This document shows, in pieces, positions 37,263-48,109 of a stretch of DNA of 64,000 nucleotides; the first letter of the stretch is position 1; each line of letters begins with the position of its first letter. Origin of the DNA: an uncultured beta proteobacterium (GTDB lineage: Bacteria > Pseudomonadota > Gammaproteobacteria > Burkholderiales > Casimicrobiaceae); the NCBI GenBank assembly GCA_963793355.1, contig CAWBZT010000005.1:132864-196863 (forward strand). Direction: 5' to 3'. A program made the position numbers and the translations under genes. The notes under the pieces were generated by a model that was not told the DNA's origin, made no database searches, and saw nothing but the letters and a program-made list of their open reading frames with translations.

Positions 37263-38468
37263 ATGCACACCCGATTCATTACCCTTCGCCCCGCCGTCAT
37301 GACCCTTCGGCCTCTCGTCGCCGCGCTCGTCGCCGCGACCCTCGCGGTTCCTGCCCTCGGACAAACGACGGGCGTGATCAGCGCGCCCGGCATGGCGGCC
37401 GCCGCGCGCGTGGAAACCGCGTCCGCGACCGTCACCGCGATCGACTTGGCCACGCGCGAGGTGACGCTGCGGCGCGCCAATGGCACTACGTTCACCGTCG
37501 TCGCCGGTCCCGATGCGCGCAACCTTCCGCAACTGCGCGTCGGCGACACCGTGACCATCGACTTCTACGACGCGCTGACGCTCGAGCTCAAGAAGGGCGG
37601 CACCGGCGCACCGGCAAGCCGCAGCGATGCCCTGGCCGGATCGCGCGCCGAACTCGGCCAGCGGCCGGGCGGAATCGCGACACGCGAGCGGGTGATCGTT
37701 GCCGACGTCATCGCCGTCGATCCGACCAGGCAGACGGTTTCGCTGCGCGGCGTTGGGGGCAAGGTCCTCGACCTGCCGGTCAAGGATCCGGAACAGTTCA
37801 GGCGGATCGCGGTGGGTGATCAGGTGCAGGCCACCTACGTCGAGGCCGTCGCGCTTTCCATCACTCCGACAGCTGCGCCGCCGGCGCCGGCACCCGTGAT
37901 GGCGCCCGCAGTCCCTCCCTGGGGAAGATGGATGGTCGGCGCCCGCGTCGTCAACATCAACCCAGACGTCAGCTCGTCGGTATCGGGCTTCGAAGTCAAG
38001 GACCAATGGACCGGCGAGTTCGACACCACCTATTTCTTCACCCCGAACGTCGCGATCGAGGGCAGCATCACCTGGGCCAAGCAGGACGTCAACTTCAATG
38101 GCACGGGCCTCGGCAGCCTCAAGATGATGCCGGTGATATTCACGGCCCAATACCACTTCTTCGATGTCGGCAACTACAATCCTGCCTTCGCGCACTTCAA
38201 GCCGTACATCGGCGGCGGTTTCAACTACACGTATTTCTACGAGACCGATCTGGGCGGCAATTCCGGGGCCGACGTCAACCGTGACAGCTGGGGCGGCGCG
38301 CTGCAGGCGGGCTTCGACTACCAGTTCCAGCGGAACTGGAACTTCAACATGGACGTCAAGTACCTCTGGATCAGCAATGACGTGCACTTCAAGGCGACTG
38401 GCGGGACTCCCAGTTCTCTGGATATCGACCCCTGGGTTTACGGCGTCGGCATTCGTTATCGCTTCTGA
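37263..38468 (+). CDS. exported protein: duplicated beta-rich N-terminal domain + Pro-rich linker + OmpW-family beta-barrel
   Basis: Signal peptide. C-terminal TYFFTPNVAIE, FKPYIGGGFNYTYF, FNMDVKYLWI and IDPWVYGVGIRYRF are OmpW-like. Confidence 0.78.
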   Translation: MHTRFITLRPAVMTLRPLVAALVAATLAVPALGQTTGVISAPGMAAAARVETASATVTAIDLATREVTLRRANGTTFTVVAGPDARNLPQLRVGDTVTIDFYDALTLELKKGGTGAPASRSDALAGSRAELGQRPGGIATRERVIVADVIAVDPTRQTVSLRGVGGKVLDLPVKDPEQFRRIAVGDQVQATYVEAVALSITPTAAPPAPAPVMAPAVPPWGRWMVGARVVNINPDVSSSVSGFEVKDQWTGEFDTTYFFTPNVAIEGSITWAKQDVNFNGTGLGSLKMMPVIFTAQYHFFDVGNYNPAFAHFKPYIGGGFNYTYFYETDLGGNSGADVNRDSWGGALQAGFDYQFQRNWNFNMDVKYLWISNDVHFKATGGTPSSLDIDPWVYGVGIRYRF

Positions 38469-38506
38469 CGTGCAGCCGGCGTAACGGCCACTCCCGCACC
38501 GGCGAT

Positions 38507-39685
38507 CTATCCGGCTGACGGACCGTGCCGTCTCCCGCGCGCAGCCGTTCGCAGCGGCGTGTGCACGGGCGCGAGTTCGCACTCCACCGGACTCGCGGGC
38601 GCGGCGATCACTCCGCCGCCGAGGCACACGTCGCCCTCGTAGAGCACGGCGTACTGACCGGGCGTCGGTGCCCATTGCGGCAGGTCGAACGCTGCGTGAA
38701 CGGAGTCGCGCCCGCGCGACTCGACTGTGCATGCCGCGTCGGCCATGCGATAGCGCGTCTTCGCCGCCAGGCGCATCGGCAGCGCCGGTGCGCGACCCGA
38801 GATCCAGTGCATGTCGATCGCAACGACGGCACGGCGATAGAGCTGCGGATTGTCGTGGCCCTGCACCGCGATCAGCGCATTGCGCGCACGGTCCTTGTCG
38901 GCGACAAACCACGGCGCGGCCCGCGCATCGCGCGTGCCGCCAACGCCGAGCCCCTGCCGCTGCCCCAGCGTGTAGTACGCGAGCCCCTGGTGGCGCCCGA
39001 CCGTGCGTCCTTCCGGCGTGACGATAGGCCCCGGCACGCGCGGCAGGTAGCGCGCGAGGAATTCGCGGAACGGCCGCTCGCCGATGAAGCAGATGCCCGT
39101 CGAGTCCTTCTTCGCCCACGTCGGGATGCCCTCGCGCCGGGCGAGCACGCGCACGTCGCGCTTGTGCATTTCGCCCAGCGGAAAGATTACCGGCGCGAGC
39201 TGCGCCTGCGTGAGCCGATGCAGGAAATAGCTCTGGTCCTTGGTGGCGTCGGCCGCCTTCAGCAGCTCGACGCGGCCGGGCGCCGACGCCGCGCGCCGCA
39301 CGCGCGCGTAGTGGCCGGTGGCGATGCGGTCGGCGCCTCGCGCCAGCGCGTGGTCGAGGAAGGCGCGGAACTTGATCTCGCTGTTGCAGAGAACGTCGGG
39401 ATTGGGCGTGCGCCCTGCCTCGTACTCGCGCAGGAACTGCGCGAACACGCGCTCGCGATACTCCGCGGCGAAGTTGACCGCCTCGATCTCGATGCCGACG
39501 ACGTCGGCGACCGCGGCAGCATCGACCAGGTCCTCGCGCGACGTGCAGTGCAGGTCGGTGTCGTCGTCCTCCCAGTTCTTCATGAAGACGCCGACGACGT
39601 CGAAGCCCTGCTGCTTCAAGAGCCACGCGGCGACCGCCGAGTCGACACCGCCCGACAGCCCGACCACCACGCGCTCGCGCCGCAT
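38507..39685 (-). CDS. mnmA: tRNA 2-thiouridylase
   Basis: [32 protein letters not shown] and KDSTGICF. Confidence 0.97.
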   Translation of the reverse strand: MRRERVVVGLSGGVDSAVAAWLLKQQGFDVVGVFMKNWEDDDTDLHCTSREDLVDAAAVADVVGIEIEAVNFAAEYRERVFAQFLREYEAGRTPNPDVLCNSEIKFRAFLDHALARGADRIATGHYARVRRAASAPGRVELLKAADATKDQSYFLHRLTQAQLAPVIFPLGEMHKRDVRVLARREGIPTWAKKDSTGICFIGERPFREFLARYLPRVPGPIVTPEGRTVGRHQGLAYYTLGQRQGLGVGGTRDARAAPWFVADKDRARNALIAVQGHDNPQLYRRAVVAIDMHWISGRAPALPMRLAAKTRYRMADAACTVESRGRDSVHAAFDLPQWAPTPGQYAVLYEGDVCLGGGVIAAPASPVECELAPVHTPLRTAARGRRHGPSAG

Positions 39686-39686
39686 G

Positions 39687-40145
39687 TCAGGCGAGCTCGG
39701 CGACGAAGGCGAGCGGCCAGCGCCGGCCGGTCCGATAGTCGTCGATGCAGCGCATCACCAGCGGACTGCGATGCAGCGCGCGCCGCGCGGCGATCTCGTC
39801 GGCGCTCATCCACACGGCGCGAAGGATGCCGACGTCGAGCGGACGCTGCGCGTCGTGGCGCACCGGATCGCCGCAGAACGCGAAGCGGATGAACGTCGCG
39901 CCGTTGTCGGCGGCTTCCCAGCGGTACGCGCCGACGAGCGCCGACAGCGTCACCTGCCAGCCCGTCTCCTCGAGCGTCTCGCGGATCGCGCCCGCCGGCA
40001 GCGTCTCGCCCGATTCGAGATGGCCGGCGGGCTGGTTGAGCCGCGGGCCATGGCGTGTTTCCTCCTCGACGAGCAGGAAGCGTCCGTCGCGCTCGATCAC
40101 CGCGGCGACCGTCACTGCCGGACGCGGTGTTTCAATCTCTCGCAT
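39687..40145 (-). CDS. NUDIX hydrolase (NudJ-like)
   Basis: [26 protein letters not shown] Nudix box; directly upstream of mnmA. Confidence 0.9.
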   Translation of the reverse strand: MREIETPRPAVTVAAVIERDGRFLLVEEETRHGPRLNQPAGHLESGETLPAGAIRETLEETGWQVTLSALVGAYRWEAADNGATFIRFAFCGDPVRHDAQRPLDVGILRAVWMSADEIAARRALHRSPLVMRCIDDYRTGRRWPLAFVAELA

Positions 40146-40173
40146 GGTGAGTGGTGGCCGTCCCGAGCGCCCA

Positions 40174-40207
40174 AACAAAAGGGCAGGAGCTCGGCGCCCC
40201 TGCCCTC
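40174..40207 (-). terminator. intrinsic terminator downstream of 40228..40638
   Basis: Minus strand AGGGCAGGGGC-gccg-AGCTCCTGCCCT followed by TTTGTTT. Confidence 0.7.
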
Positions 40208-40227
40208 TCGAACCCAAGCCCGCCGCG

Positions 40228-40638
40228 TTAAGGCGTCGATTCCTTCTGCAGCTGGCGCAGCAGCTCGGCGCGCTGCTCCTTGGTCATGTTCTTGATGTTG
40301 GGCATCTTTTCGCGGTGCGCGCTCTGCGCCTTCGACGCCTCGACGTTGGCTCTCGCCTGGGCCGGATTGGTCGCGCTGTTGTTGGACAGCTCCTGCGCGG
40401 ACTTCTCGTTGTATCCGGGGCGCATCTTCGGATCCTGCTTGGTCTTCGCGACCTCGGCAGCGCCGGCCTTCGACTTCTCCGCCTGCGTCTTCTCGGCTGC
40501 GGGGTTGTCGTAGGCCGCGGCGGAGCCCTTCGGGTCCTTCTTCTCTTCCTTCTGCATGCCGGTCGTGCCTTGCGCGAAGGCCGACGAGGCGACGACGGCA
40601 AACGTGCCGGCGACCAGCGTTGCGAGCAGCTTGTTCAT
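40228..40638 (-). CDS. exported low-complexity Ala/Lys/Gln-rich hypothetical protein
   Basis: MNKLLATLVAGTFAVVASSAFAQ signal peptide; GAGGAG RBS; terminator downstream. Confidence 0.8.
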   Translation of the reverse strand: MNKLLATLVAGTFAVVASSAFAQGTTGMQKEEKKDPKGSAAAYDNPAAEKTQAEKSKAGAAEVAKTKQDPKMRPGYNEKSAQELSNNSATNPAQARANVEASKAQSAHREKMPNIKNMTKEQRAELLRQLQKESTP

Positions 40639-40806
40639 CTAATGATCTCCTCGAGTAGTTCGTGAGTGACGCGGTTCGCCGTCCTGCAATTGCTTCACAC
40701 GGGCGTGGCGTCGCCTTAGGCCTGCGTGCAAACCCTTGAAAGGATACGGCATGGCAAGGCGGTTGGCAACGCGGCGCTAAACCAGCGCCGCGCGCTGCCG
40801 CGACGA

Positions 40807-41106
40807 TTACTTCGCGGGCTTGTCGGCCGGTGTCGGCGCAGCCTTCGCCTTGGTCGTCTTCGACTTCTTCTTCGACTTGTGCTTCTTGCCCGTCGCGGGC
40901 TTGGCGGCTTCGCCCGCCACCGGCTTGGCGGCTTCGTTGGCGACCGGCTTGGCCGATTCGGCCTTCACCGGAGCGACCTTGTCCGTCTTCGGCGCCTCCG
41001 CCTTCATCGGCTCGGCCGGCTTGGCCGGGGTCGTCGGGGCTGCGCCCTGCGCGTACGCGGAGGTCGCCAACGCGATGGCACAAAGGGCGGTCAGGAGCTT
41101 GCTCAT
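40807..41106 (-). CDS. exported Lys/Ala/Pro-rich small basic protein with 8-aa internal repeats
   Basis: MSKLLTALCAIALATSAYAQ signal; SAKPVANE/AAKPVAGE/AAKPATG repeats; KKHKSKKKSK basic patch. Confidence 0.78.
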   Translation of the reverse strand: MSKLLTALCAIALATSAYAQGAAPTTPAKPAEPMKAEAPKTDKVAPVKAESAKPVANEAAKPVAGEAAKPATGKKHKSKKKSKTTKAKAAPTPADKPAK

Positions 41107-41162
41107 AGGGGTTTCATCCTAAGGGAAAGTGGGTGCGACAGCGGAATTCCGTGTCGCCGCCC

Positions 41163-41191
41163 ATAACGCCTGCGTCCGCGGCGCGGTTGAC
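41163..41191 (-). promoter_or_regulatory. putative ECF-sigma promoter
   Basis: Minus strand GTCAAC-N17-CGTTAT (AAC-N17-CGT signature) about 60 bp upstream of the 99-aa gene. Confidence 0.45.
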
Positions 41192-41291
41192 AGGCGCGGG
41201 GCGCGTACCCGGCAGGCCCGTCGCAAGCGCGGACGAGCAACGCCACCGGCGGATGAACCGAACGCGCCTGCGCCGTGCGGCACCGGCAGCC

Positions 41292-41981
41292 TCAGGTCCC
41301 GTCGCCATCGGCAAGGCTGCGCTGCAGCCAGTCGCGCAGCAGCGGCACCGTGATCGGACGCCGCGACGCCAGCGAATGGCGATCGAGCGCCGCCAGCGTG
41401 TCGACGAGTGTCGCCATGTCACGACGTCCGTGCGCCAGCAGGTAGGCGATCACGTCGTCGGCCAGTTGAAAGCCCCGCGCTTTCGCGTAGCCGGCGAGCG
41501 CCGCCGCCTTGTCCGCGTCGGCAAGCGCGACGACCTCGTAGACGAGCCCGTAGCCGAGCCGCGTGCGCAGGTCGTCGCGCAGCGCGAGCCGCGACGGCGC
41601 GCGCGAGCTCGCGGCGAGGAGCTGGCCGCCTGTCGCGGCGAGCGCGTTGTAGAGGGTGAACAGCCGCCCCTGCGCCACCTCGTCGGCGGTGTCGACACGA
41701 TCGACCGCCATCAGCGCCGCCGCCGCCGCATCGTCCGGAACCCCGCCCGGATCAGCCGCGTAATGCGCCGCGCGGCCCGCCGCGGCCGCCGCGGCGACGC
41801 TCGCGCGCAGCAGATGGGTCTTGCCCACGCCGGCCGCGCCCCAGATCACGATGCCCGTCTCCCGCAGGACGCCCGCGGCAAGATCGGCGAGCGCGGCGAC
41901 GGCTTCGCGGTTGGGTCCCGCGACGAAATTGGCGAACGACGGCGGCGCGGACGGCGCGAGCTCGAAGATCAGCTGTCGCAC
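41292..41981 (-). CDS. hda: DnaA regulatory inactivator Hda
   Basis: VRQLIFEL clamp-binding-like N-terminus, [22 protein letters not shown] and DLRTRL. Confidence 0.9.
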   Translation of the reverse strand: MRQLIFELAPSAPPSFANFVAGPNREAVAALADLAAGVLRETGIVIWGAAGVGKTHLLRASVAAAAAAGRAAHYAADPGGVPDDAAAAALMAVDRVDTADEVAQGRLFTLYNALAATGGQLLAASSRAPSRLALRDDLRTRLGYGLVYEVVALADADKAAALAGYAKARGFQLADDVIAYLLAHGRRDMATLVDTLAALDRHSLASRRPITVPLLRDWLQRSLADGDGT

Positions 41982-42015
41982 CGCTGCTTGCGCTCGAAGA
42001 TCGGCCGTCGCACCG

Positions 42016-43128
42016 CTACTTGCCCCCATAGTCGCGGTCGTACAGCGGGGAGCTCACGTAGGCCGCGCGCAGGTGCCGCAGCCCGACCAGCAGCGCCGCC
42101 GACACCGGCAGCGCGAGCAGCACGCCGGCAAAGCCGAACAGTTGCCCGAAGGCCAAAAGCGCGAAGATCACCGCCAGCGGATGCAGGCCGATGCGGTCGC
42201 CGACCAGAAACGGCAGCAGCACGTAGTTCTCCAGCAGCTGGCCGACGCCGTACACGGCGAGCACCGCGACGAAGCCGGGCCAGCCGTGCCACTGCAGCGC
42301 CGCGGCGACCACGCCGAGCACGAGGCCGAGCCCGAAGCCCACGTAGGGAATGAACACCAGCAGGCCGGTGAGGATGCCGATCGAGAATGCGCGATCGAGC
42401 CCAGCGATCCACAGCCCGATCGCGTAGTACGCCGCCAGCACGACCATCACCATGCCCTGGCCGCGCAGGAACTCGGCGAGCACGGCGTCGATGTCGCGGG
42501 CGATCGTGCGCACCTTCGCCCGCCAGCGGCCCGGCGTGAGATCGTCGATGCGCTCGATGATCATCCGCCAGTCGCGCAGCAGGTAGAACATCACCACGGG
42601 GATCAGCGCGAGGTTGACGAGGATCGAAAGAACGATCAGGCCCCCGGCCTTCACTCCCGACAGCAGCTTGAGCGAAATCTCCTGCGCGCTCTCGGCGTTC
42701 TGCGAGACCAGGTCGCGGATCGCGGCCACGTCGAACGACGGCGTGAAGTCGAAGTGCTCCTGCAGCCACGGCGTGACACGCTGCATCGACTGCTCGAGGA
42801 GCTCGGGCAGCCGCTTCGCCGCCAGCGTGACCTCGCTTTGCACCAGCGGCGCGAGGACGAAGAACACGCCGACGATGACCAGGCCGAACAGCAGCACGAC
42901 CACCAGCGTCGACCACGCGCGCGGCACGCCGCGCTCCTGCGCGCGGTCGACGAGCGGCGTGCCGAGGTAGGCGAGGATCGCGCCGACGAGGAACGGCGTC
43001 AGCACCGGCCCCAGCCAGTGCAGCGCGGCGATCACCACCACCGCGGCGGCGACGATCCACACGTACTGCCGCGCCGCCAGCGGCTTGGGCGGCGACGGCG
43101 GCTCGGCGGCCACGGGCACCACGACCAC
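42016..43128 (-). CDS. AI-2E family transporter (PerM-like)
   Basis: Hydrophobic; FIPYVG and [28 protein letters not shown]. Confidence 0.9.
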   Translation of the reverse strand: MVVVPVAAEPPSPPKPLAARQYVWIVAAAVVVIAALHWLGPVLTPFLVGAILAYLGTPLVDRAQERGVPRAWSTLVVVLLFGLVIVGVFFVLAPLVQSEVTLAAKRLPELLEQSMQRVTPWLQEHFDFTPSFDVAAIRDLVSQNAESAQEISLKLLSGVKAGGLIVLSILVNLALIPVVMFYLLRDWRMIIERIDDLTPGRWRAKVRTIARDIDAVLAEFLRGQGMVMVVLAAYYAIGLWIAGLDRAFSIGILTGLLVFIPYVGFGLGLVLGVVAAALQWHGWPGFVAVLAVYGVGQLLENYVLLPFLVGDRIGLHPLAVIFALLAFGQLFGFAGVLLALPVSAALLVGLRHLRAAYVSSPLYDRDYGGK

Positions 43129-43302
43129 GTCAGGCGACAGGAGGAGGATCGGTACCGGTCATTTCCAGTAGAATCGCGGCACAAAACGCCGCACTGTACC
43201 GTGCCGCGGACCGTTCTCAAACGGCCGCGTGCGACCGGCGCCCGCCGTCGCCGCCCACGGCGCGTGCACGGCCACCCTTCGTCCCCTACGCGCCCGCCGC
43301 CG

Positions 43303-44355
<1,053 letters not shown>

Positions 44356-44371
44356 CGCCGCGACGGTCGAT

Positions 44372-45043
44372 GTGGCGCTTTCGCGCATCACCGTCCTGAT
44401 CTCGGGACGCGGCTCGAATCTCGTGGCGCTGGTGCGCGCCGCGCGCAGCGGCGGCATCGACGGCGCGGTCACCGCGGTCGTGTCGAACCGACCGGAGGCC
44501 GCCGGCCTCGCGTTCGCGCGCGAGCAGGGCATCGCGACCGCGCTCGTCGACCACACGGCGCACGCGGCGCGCGACGCGTTCGACGCCGCGCTCGCCGACG
44601 CCGTCGACGCCGGCGAGCCCGACGTCGTGGTGCTCGCCGGGTTCATGCGCGTGCTGGGTCCGGCGTTCGTGCGCCGCTACGAAGGCCGGATGATCAACAT
44701 CCATCCATCGCTGCTGCCGCTCTATCCGGGCCTGCACACGCACCGGCGCGCACTCGCGGACGGCGTGCGCGTCCACGGCTGCACCGTCCACTACGTGTCG
44801 GCGGACGTCGATCGCGGGCCGATCATCGCGCAGGGCGCCGTGCCCGTGCTGCCCGCCGACGACGAGTCGGCCCTCGCCGCGCGCGTGCTCGCGGTCGAGC
44901 ACCGGCTGCTGCCGGCCGCGGTCGGCTGGCATTGCGCGGGCCGGCTGTCCGTCGAAGCGGGCCGCGTGCGCGTCGCCGGCGCGCCGGAGCGACCGGACGA
45001 CGCGTTGCTGGCCCCTGCGGTGAACGGGCCCTCGCCGCCGTAG
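44372..45043 (+). CDS. purN: phosphoribosylglycinamide formyltransferase
   Basis: LISGRGSNL, LAGFMRVL, NIHPSLLP and GCTVH. Confidence 0.96.
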   Translation: MALSRITVLISGRGSNLVALVRAARSGGIDGAVTAVVSNRPEAAGLAFAREQGIATALVDHTAHAARDAFDAALADAVDAGEPDVVVLAGFMRVLGPAFVRRYEGRMINIHPSLLPLYPGLHTHRRALADGVRVHGCTVHYVSADVDRGPIIAQGAVPVLPADDESALAARVLAVEHRLLPAAVGWHCAGRLSVEAGRVRVAGAPERPDDALLAPAVNGPSPP

Positions 45044-45079
45044 CGAACGCGCCGGCGCCGCCCGGGTCACACCTTCGCC

Positions 45080-46156
45080 ATGGCATCGCCCGCGCCCGTT
45101 TCCATCGCGCCGCCGCGCCGCGACACGCCGCGCTGGCGCGTGCGGCCGTCGCTGTGGGCGGCGCTCGCGCTGTCCATCGTCGTCCACCTAGTGTGGTCGC
45201 TGTGGCCTGTCGCCGTGCCCGAGACGCCGGAGGAGCGCCCCCTCACCGCCACGCTGATGGAGCTGCCCCCGCCCCCGGTGCCGCAGGCGGCGCCCGTCGC
45301 GCCCAAGCCGAAGCCCAAGCCCCGGCGCGCGCGCGCGCCGCGCCCGCCGCCGCCACCGCCGATCGAGGCGGCGGCGCCCGAGCCGGCGCCGCCGGCGCCC
45401 GCACTCGCACCCGAACCCGCCCCCGCCGTCGCCGAGGCTGCGCCGCCGGAACCGCCGCCCCCGGCGCCGCCGCTGTACACGCCGCCGCCGCCGCCCACGC
45501 TCGACAAGACGCTGCCGCCGCGCGTCGATCTCGCGTACAAGGTATTCCTCGGCACGCAGGGCTTCTGGATCGGCGATGCGACCTACCGCTTCGAGCACGA
45601 GGGCGACCGCTATCACATCGCGACCGTCGCGCAGGCGCGCGGCCTCGCCGCGCTGTTCATCCACGGCCGCGGCAAGGTCGAGAGCCGCGGGCGCATCACG
45701 CCGCACGGCCTGGTCCCCGACGAGTTCGCGGTCGAGCGCGGGAGCAGCGACCGCCGCGAGGTGGCGACCTTCGACTGGGACGCCGGGACCGTGACGCTCC
45801 ACGACGACAAGGTGGAGCCGCTGACGCCGGGCTCGTTCGACCCGATGACGGTGATGTGGCAGGCGTATTTCACGCCGCCCACCGGCGGGCGGCAGCAGCT
45901 CAACCTGGTGACGACGCGGCGCGTCGTCAGCTACACGGTCGAGCGCGAGGCGACCGAGACGATCGAGTGGACGCACGGCGCGATCGAGACCGAGCGCTGG
46001 CACCGGCAGAGCGACGACGGCCGCATCAACGCCTACTTCTGGCTCGCGCCGACGATGCACTACGCGCTCGTGAAGATGCGCGTGTCGCAGACCGCCCGCG
46101 GCACGCTCGAGGCCGTGCTGGACGCGATCCGCGTCGACGAGCCGCGCACCGAATGA
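45080..46156 (+). CDS. DUF3108-like protein with N-terminal TM anchor and Pro-rich linker
   Basis: ALALSIVVHL TM, Pro/Ala/Lys linker, beta-rich C-terminal domain (FDWDAG...FWLAP); position between purN and the RsmB-like gene. Confidence 0.7.
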   Translation: MASPAPVSIAPPRRDTPRWRVRPSLWAALALSIVVHLVWSLWPVAVPETPEERPLTATLMELPPPPVPQAAPVAPKPKPKPRRARAPRPPPPPPIEAAAPEPAPPAPALAPEPAPAVAEAAPPEPPPPAPPLYTPPPPPTLDKTLPPRVDLAYKVFLGTQGFWIGDATYRFEHEGDRYHIATVAQARGLAALFIHGRGKVESRGRITPHGLVPDEFAVERGSSDRREVATFDWDAGTVTLHDDKVEPLTPGSFDPMTVMWQAYFTPPTGGRQQLNLVTTRRVVSYTVEREATETIEWTHGAIETERWHRQSDDGRINAYFWLAPTMHYALVKMRVSQTARGTLEAVLDAIRVDEPRTE

Positions 46157-47448
46157 AAGCCGCGAACGACGACGACGCCCGCGCGCCGGCGTCCGGCGTG
46201 CGCGCGAACCAGATCGCGGGCCTGGCGGAAGCGATCGCGCGCGTCGCAAGGCTCGATGCGCCGGCCGACGTCGCGCTGGCGGCGTTCTTCCGCGAGCACA
46301 AGGCGATGGGACAGCGCGACCGCGCGCTCGTCGCCGAAGGCGCGTTCGCCTATCTGCGCCGCAAGCGATCGCTCGAGGCCATCGCCGGGCCCGCCGAGCC
46401 GCGGCGACTCGCGCTGCTGGTCCTGTCGCGCGAGCTCGGACGGTCGCTGCGCGAGCTCGACGGCGCGTTGCGGCGCGACGAGAGCGCCTGGCTGGCCGAG
46501 TACAAGCGCCGCGCGCCCGCGGCGCAGGACGACGCCGTCGCCGCCGACGTTCCCGACTGGCTGTGGCAGCGGCTGGGCGAGGTCTACGGCGCCGAAGAGC
46601 GCGCGGCGCTGACGCGCGCGTGGCACACCGGCGCGCCGTTCGACCTGCGCGTCAATCCGCTCAAGACGACGCGCGCCGAGGCCCGCGCCGCCCTCGCCGC
46701 GACGGGCGTCGTTGCCGAGGACACGCCGTACGCGCCGCTCGGGCTGCGCGTGCACGGCCGGCCGTCGCTCTCCGGGCATGCCTGGCTCGTCGACGGGCGC
46801 CTCGAAGTGCAGGACGAAGGCAGCCAGCTCATCGGCTACCTGGTCGCGCCGCGGCGCACCGACATGGTCGTGGATTTCTGCGCCGGCGCCGGCGGCAAGA
46901 CGCTTTTGCTCGGCGCGCTGATGCGCTCGCAGGGGCGTCTCTACGCGTTCGACGTGTCGGCGAAGCGCCTCGCGCACTTCGCGCCGCGGCTGCGCCGCTC
47001 GGGCCTGTCGAACGTGCATCCGCAGGCGATCGCGCACGAGCGCGACGCGCGCATCAAGCGCCTCGCCGGCAAGATCGACCGCGTGCTCGTCGACGCCCCC
47101 TGCACCGGCTTCGGGACGCTGCGCCGCAATCCCGATCTCAAGTGGCGCCAGCAGCCCGGCGACGTGACGGAGCTCGCGCAGAAGCAGGCGCGGATCCTCG
47201 CCGGCGCGGCCGCGCTGCTGAAGCCGGGCGGCCGCCTCGTCTACGCGACGTGCAGCGTGCTGCCGGAGGAGAACGACGCCGTCGTCGACGCGTTCCTGGC
47301 CGCGCATCCGCAGTTCGCGGAGCAGGACGCCGCGGCCGAGCTCGCCCGCGCGGAGATCGCGCTCGATACCGGCGCGCGGCTGCGGCTGTTGCCGCATCGG
47401 CACGGCTGCGACGGCTTTTTCGCGGCCGTCCTGGAGCGCCGCCGGTGA
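46153..47448 (+). CDS. RsmB/NOP family RNA m5C methyltransferase
   Basis: EVQDEGSQ, DFCAGAGGKT, VDAPCTG, YATCS and DGFF. Confidence 0.93.
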   Translation: MKAANDDDARAPASGVRANQIAGLAEAIARVARLDAPADVALAAFFREHKAMGQRDRALVAEGAFAYLRRKRSLEAIAGPAEPRRLALLVLSRELGRSLRELDGALRRDESAWLAEYKRRAPAAQDDAVAADVPDWLWQRLGEVYGAEERAALTRAWHTGAPFDLRVNPLKTTRAEARAALAATGVVAEDTPYAPLGLRVHGRPSLSGHAWLVDGRLEVQDEGSQLIGYLVAPRRTDMVVDFCAGAGGKTLLLGALMRSQGRLYAFDVSAKRLAHFAPRLRRSGLSNVHPQAIAHERDARIKRLAGKIDRVLVDAPCTGFGTLRRNPDLKWRQQPGDVTELAQKQARILAGAAALLKPGGRLVYATCSVLPEENDAVVDAFLAAHPQFAEQDAAAELARAEIALDTGARLRLLPHRHGCDGFFAAVLERRR

Positions 47449-48077
47449 GCCGCACGCTGCGCCGCGGTGCGCCGGCCCGCGCGCGCCGCGGTGCGCCGGC
47501 CGGCGCGCGCCGGACGCGCGGTGTCGTCGTCGCGCTCGTGGCGGCGCTCGTCGTGGCGGCCGGGGCGCCGCCGGCCTTCGCGCGCGAGACGCGTCCGCCG
47601 GCGAAGGCGACGCTCGAGGCGCTGTACACGCCCGGCGACGCGATCGATGCGCGGATCGTCGCGCTCGTCGACGGCGCGAAGGACGAGGTGCTGGTGCAGG
47701 CCTTCAGCTTCACCAGCAAGAAGATCGCGCGGGCGCTGCTCGCCGCCCACCAGCGCGGCGTGCGCGTCGAGATCCTCGCCGACCGCGCGCAGACCCTCGA
47801 GCTCGCCGCCAGCGCAGTGCCGGGACTGGCGCGCGACGGTGTGCCCGTGTGGCTCGATGCCAACTTCATCGCCGCGCACAACAAGGTCATCGTCATCGAC
47901 GCCGACGCCGCGAACGCGACGCTGGTCACGGGCAGCTACAACTTCACGTCCGCCGCGCAGTTCCGCAATGCCGAGAACGTGCTGATCGTGCGCAACCATC
48001 CGGCGCTCGCCGCGCAGTACCGCGACAACATGCGACGGCTGCGCGACAAGGCGCAACGCTACGACGGCGGCGGCTAG
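47445..48077 (+). CDS. exported phospholipase D-family (Nuc-like) nuclease
   Basis: Single HKD motif HNKVIVID, TGSYNFT and NAEN; hydrophobic signal ending AFA. Confidence 0.82.
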   Translation: MSRTLRRGAPARARRGAPAGARRTRGVVVALVAALVVAAGAPPAFARETRPPAKATLEALYTPGDAIDARIVALVDGAKDEVLVQAFSFTSKKIARALLAAHQRGVRVEILADRAQTLELAASAVPGLARDGVPVWLDANFIAAHNKVIVIDADAANATLVTGSYNFTSAAQFRNAENVLIVRNHPALAAQYRDNMRRLRDKAQRYDGGG

Positions 48078-48109
48078 CGCGCCGCCACGGGACGGTAAAC
48101 TCTCGCGCC

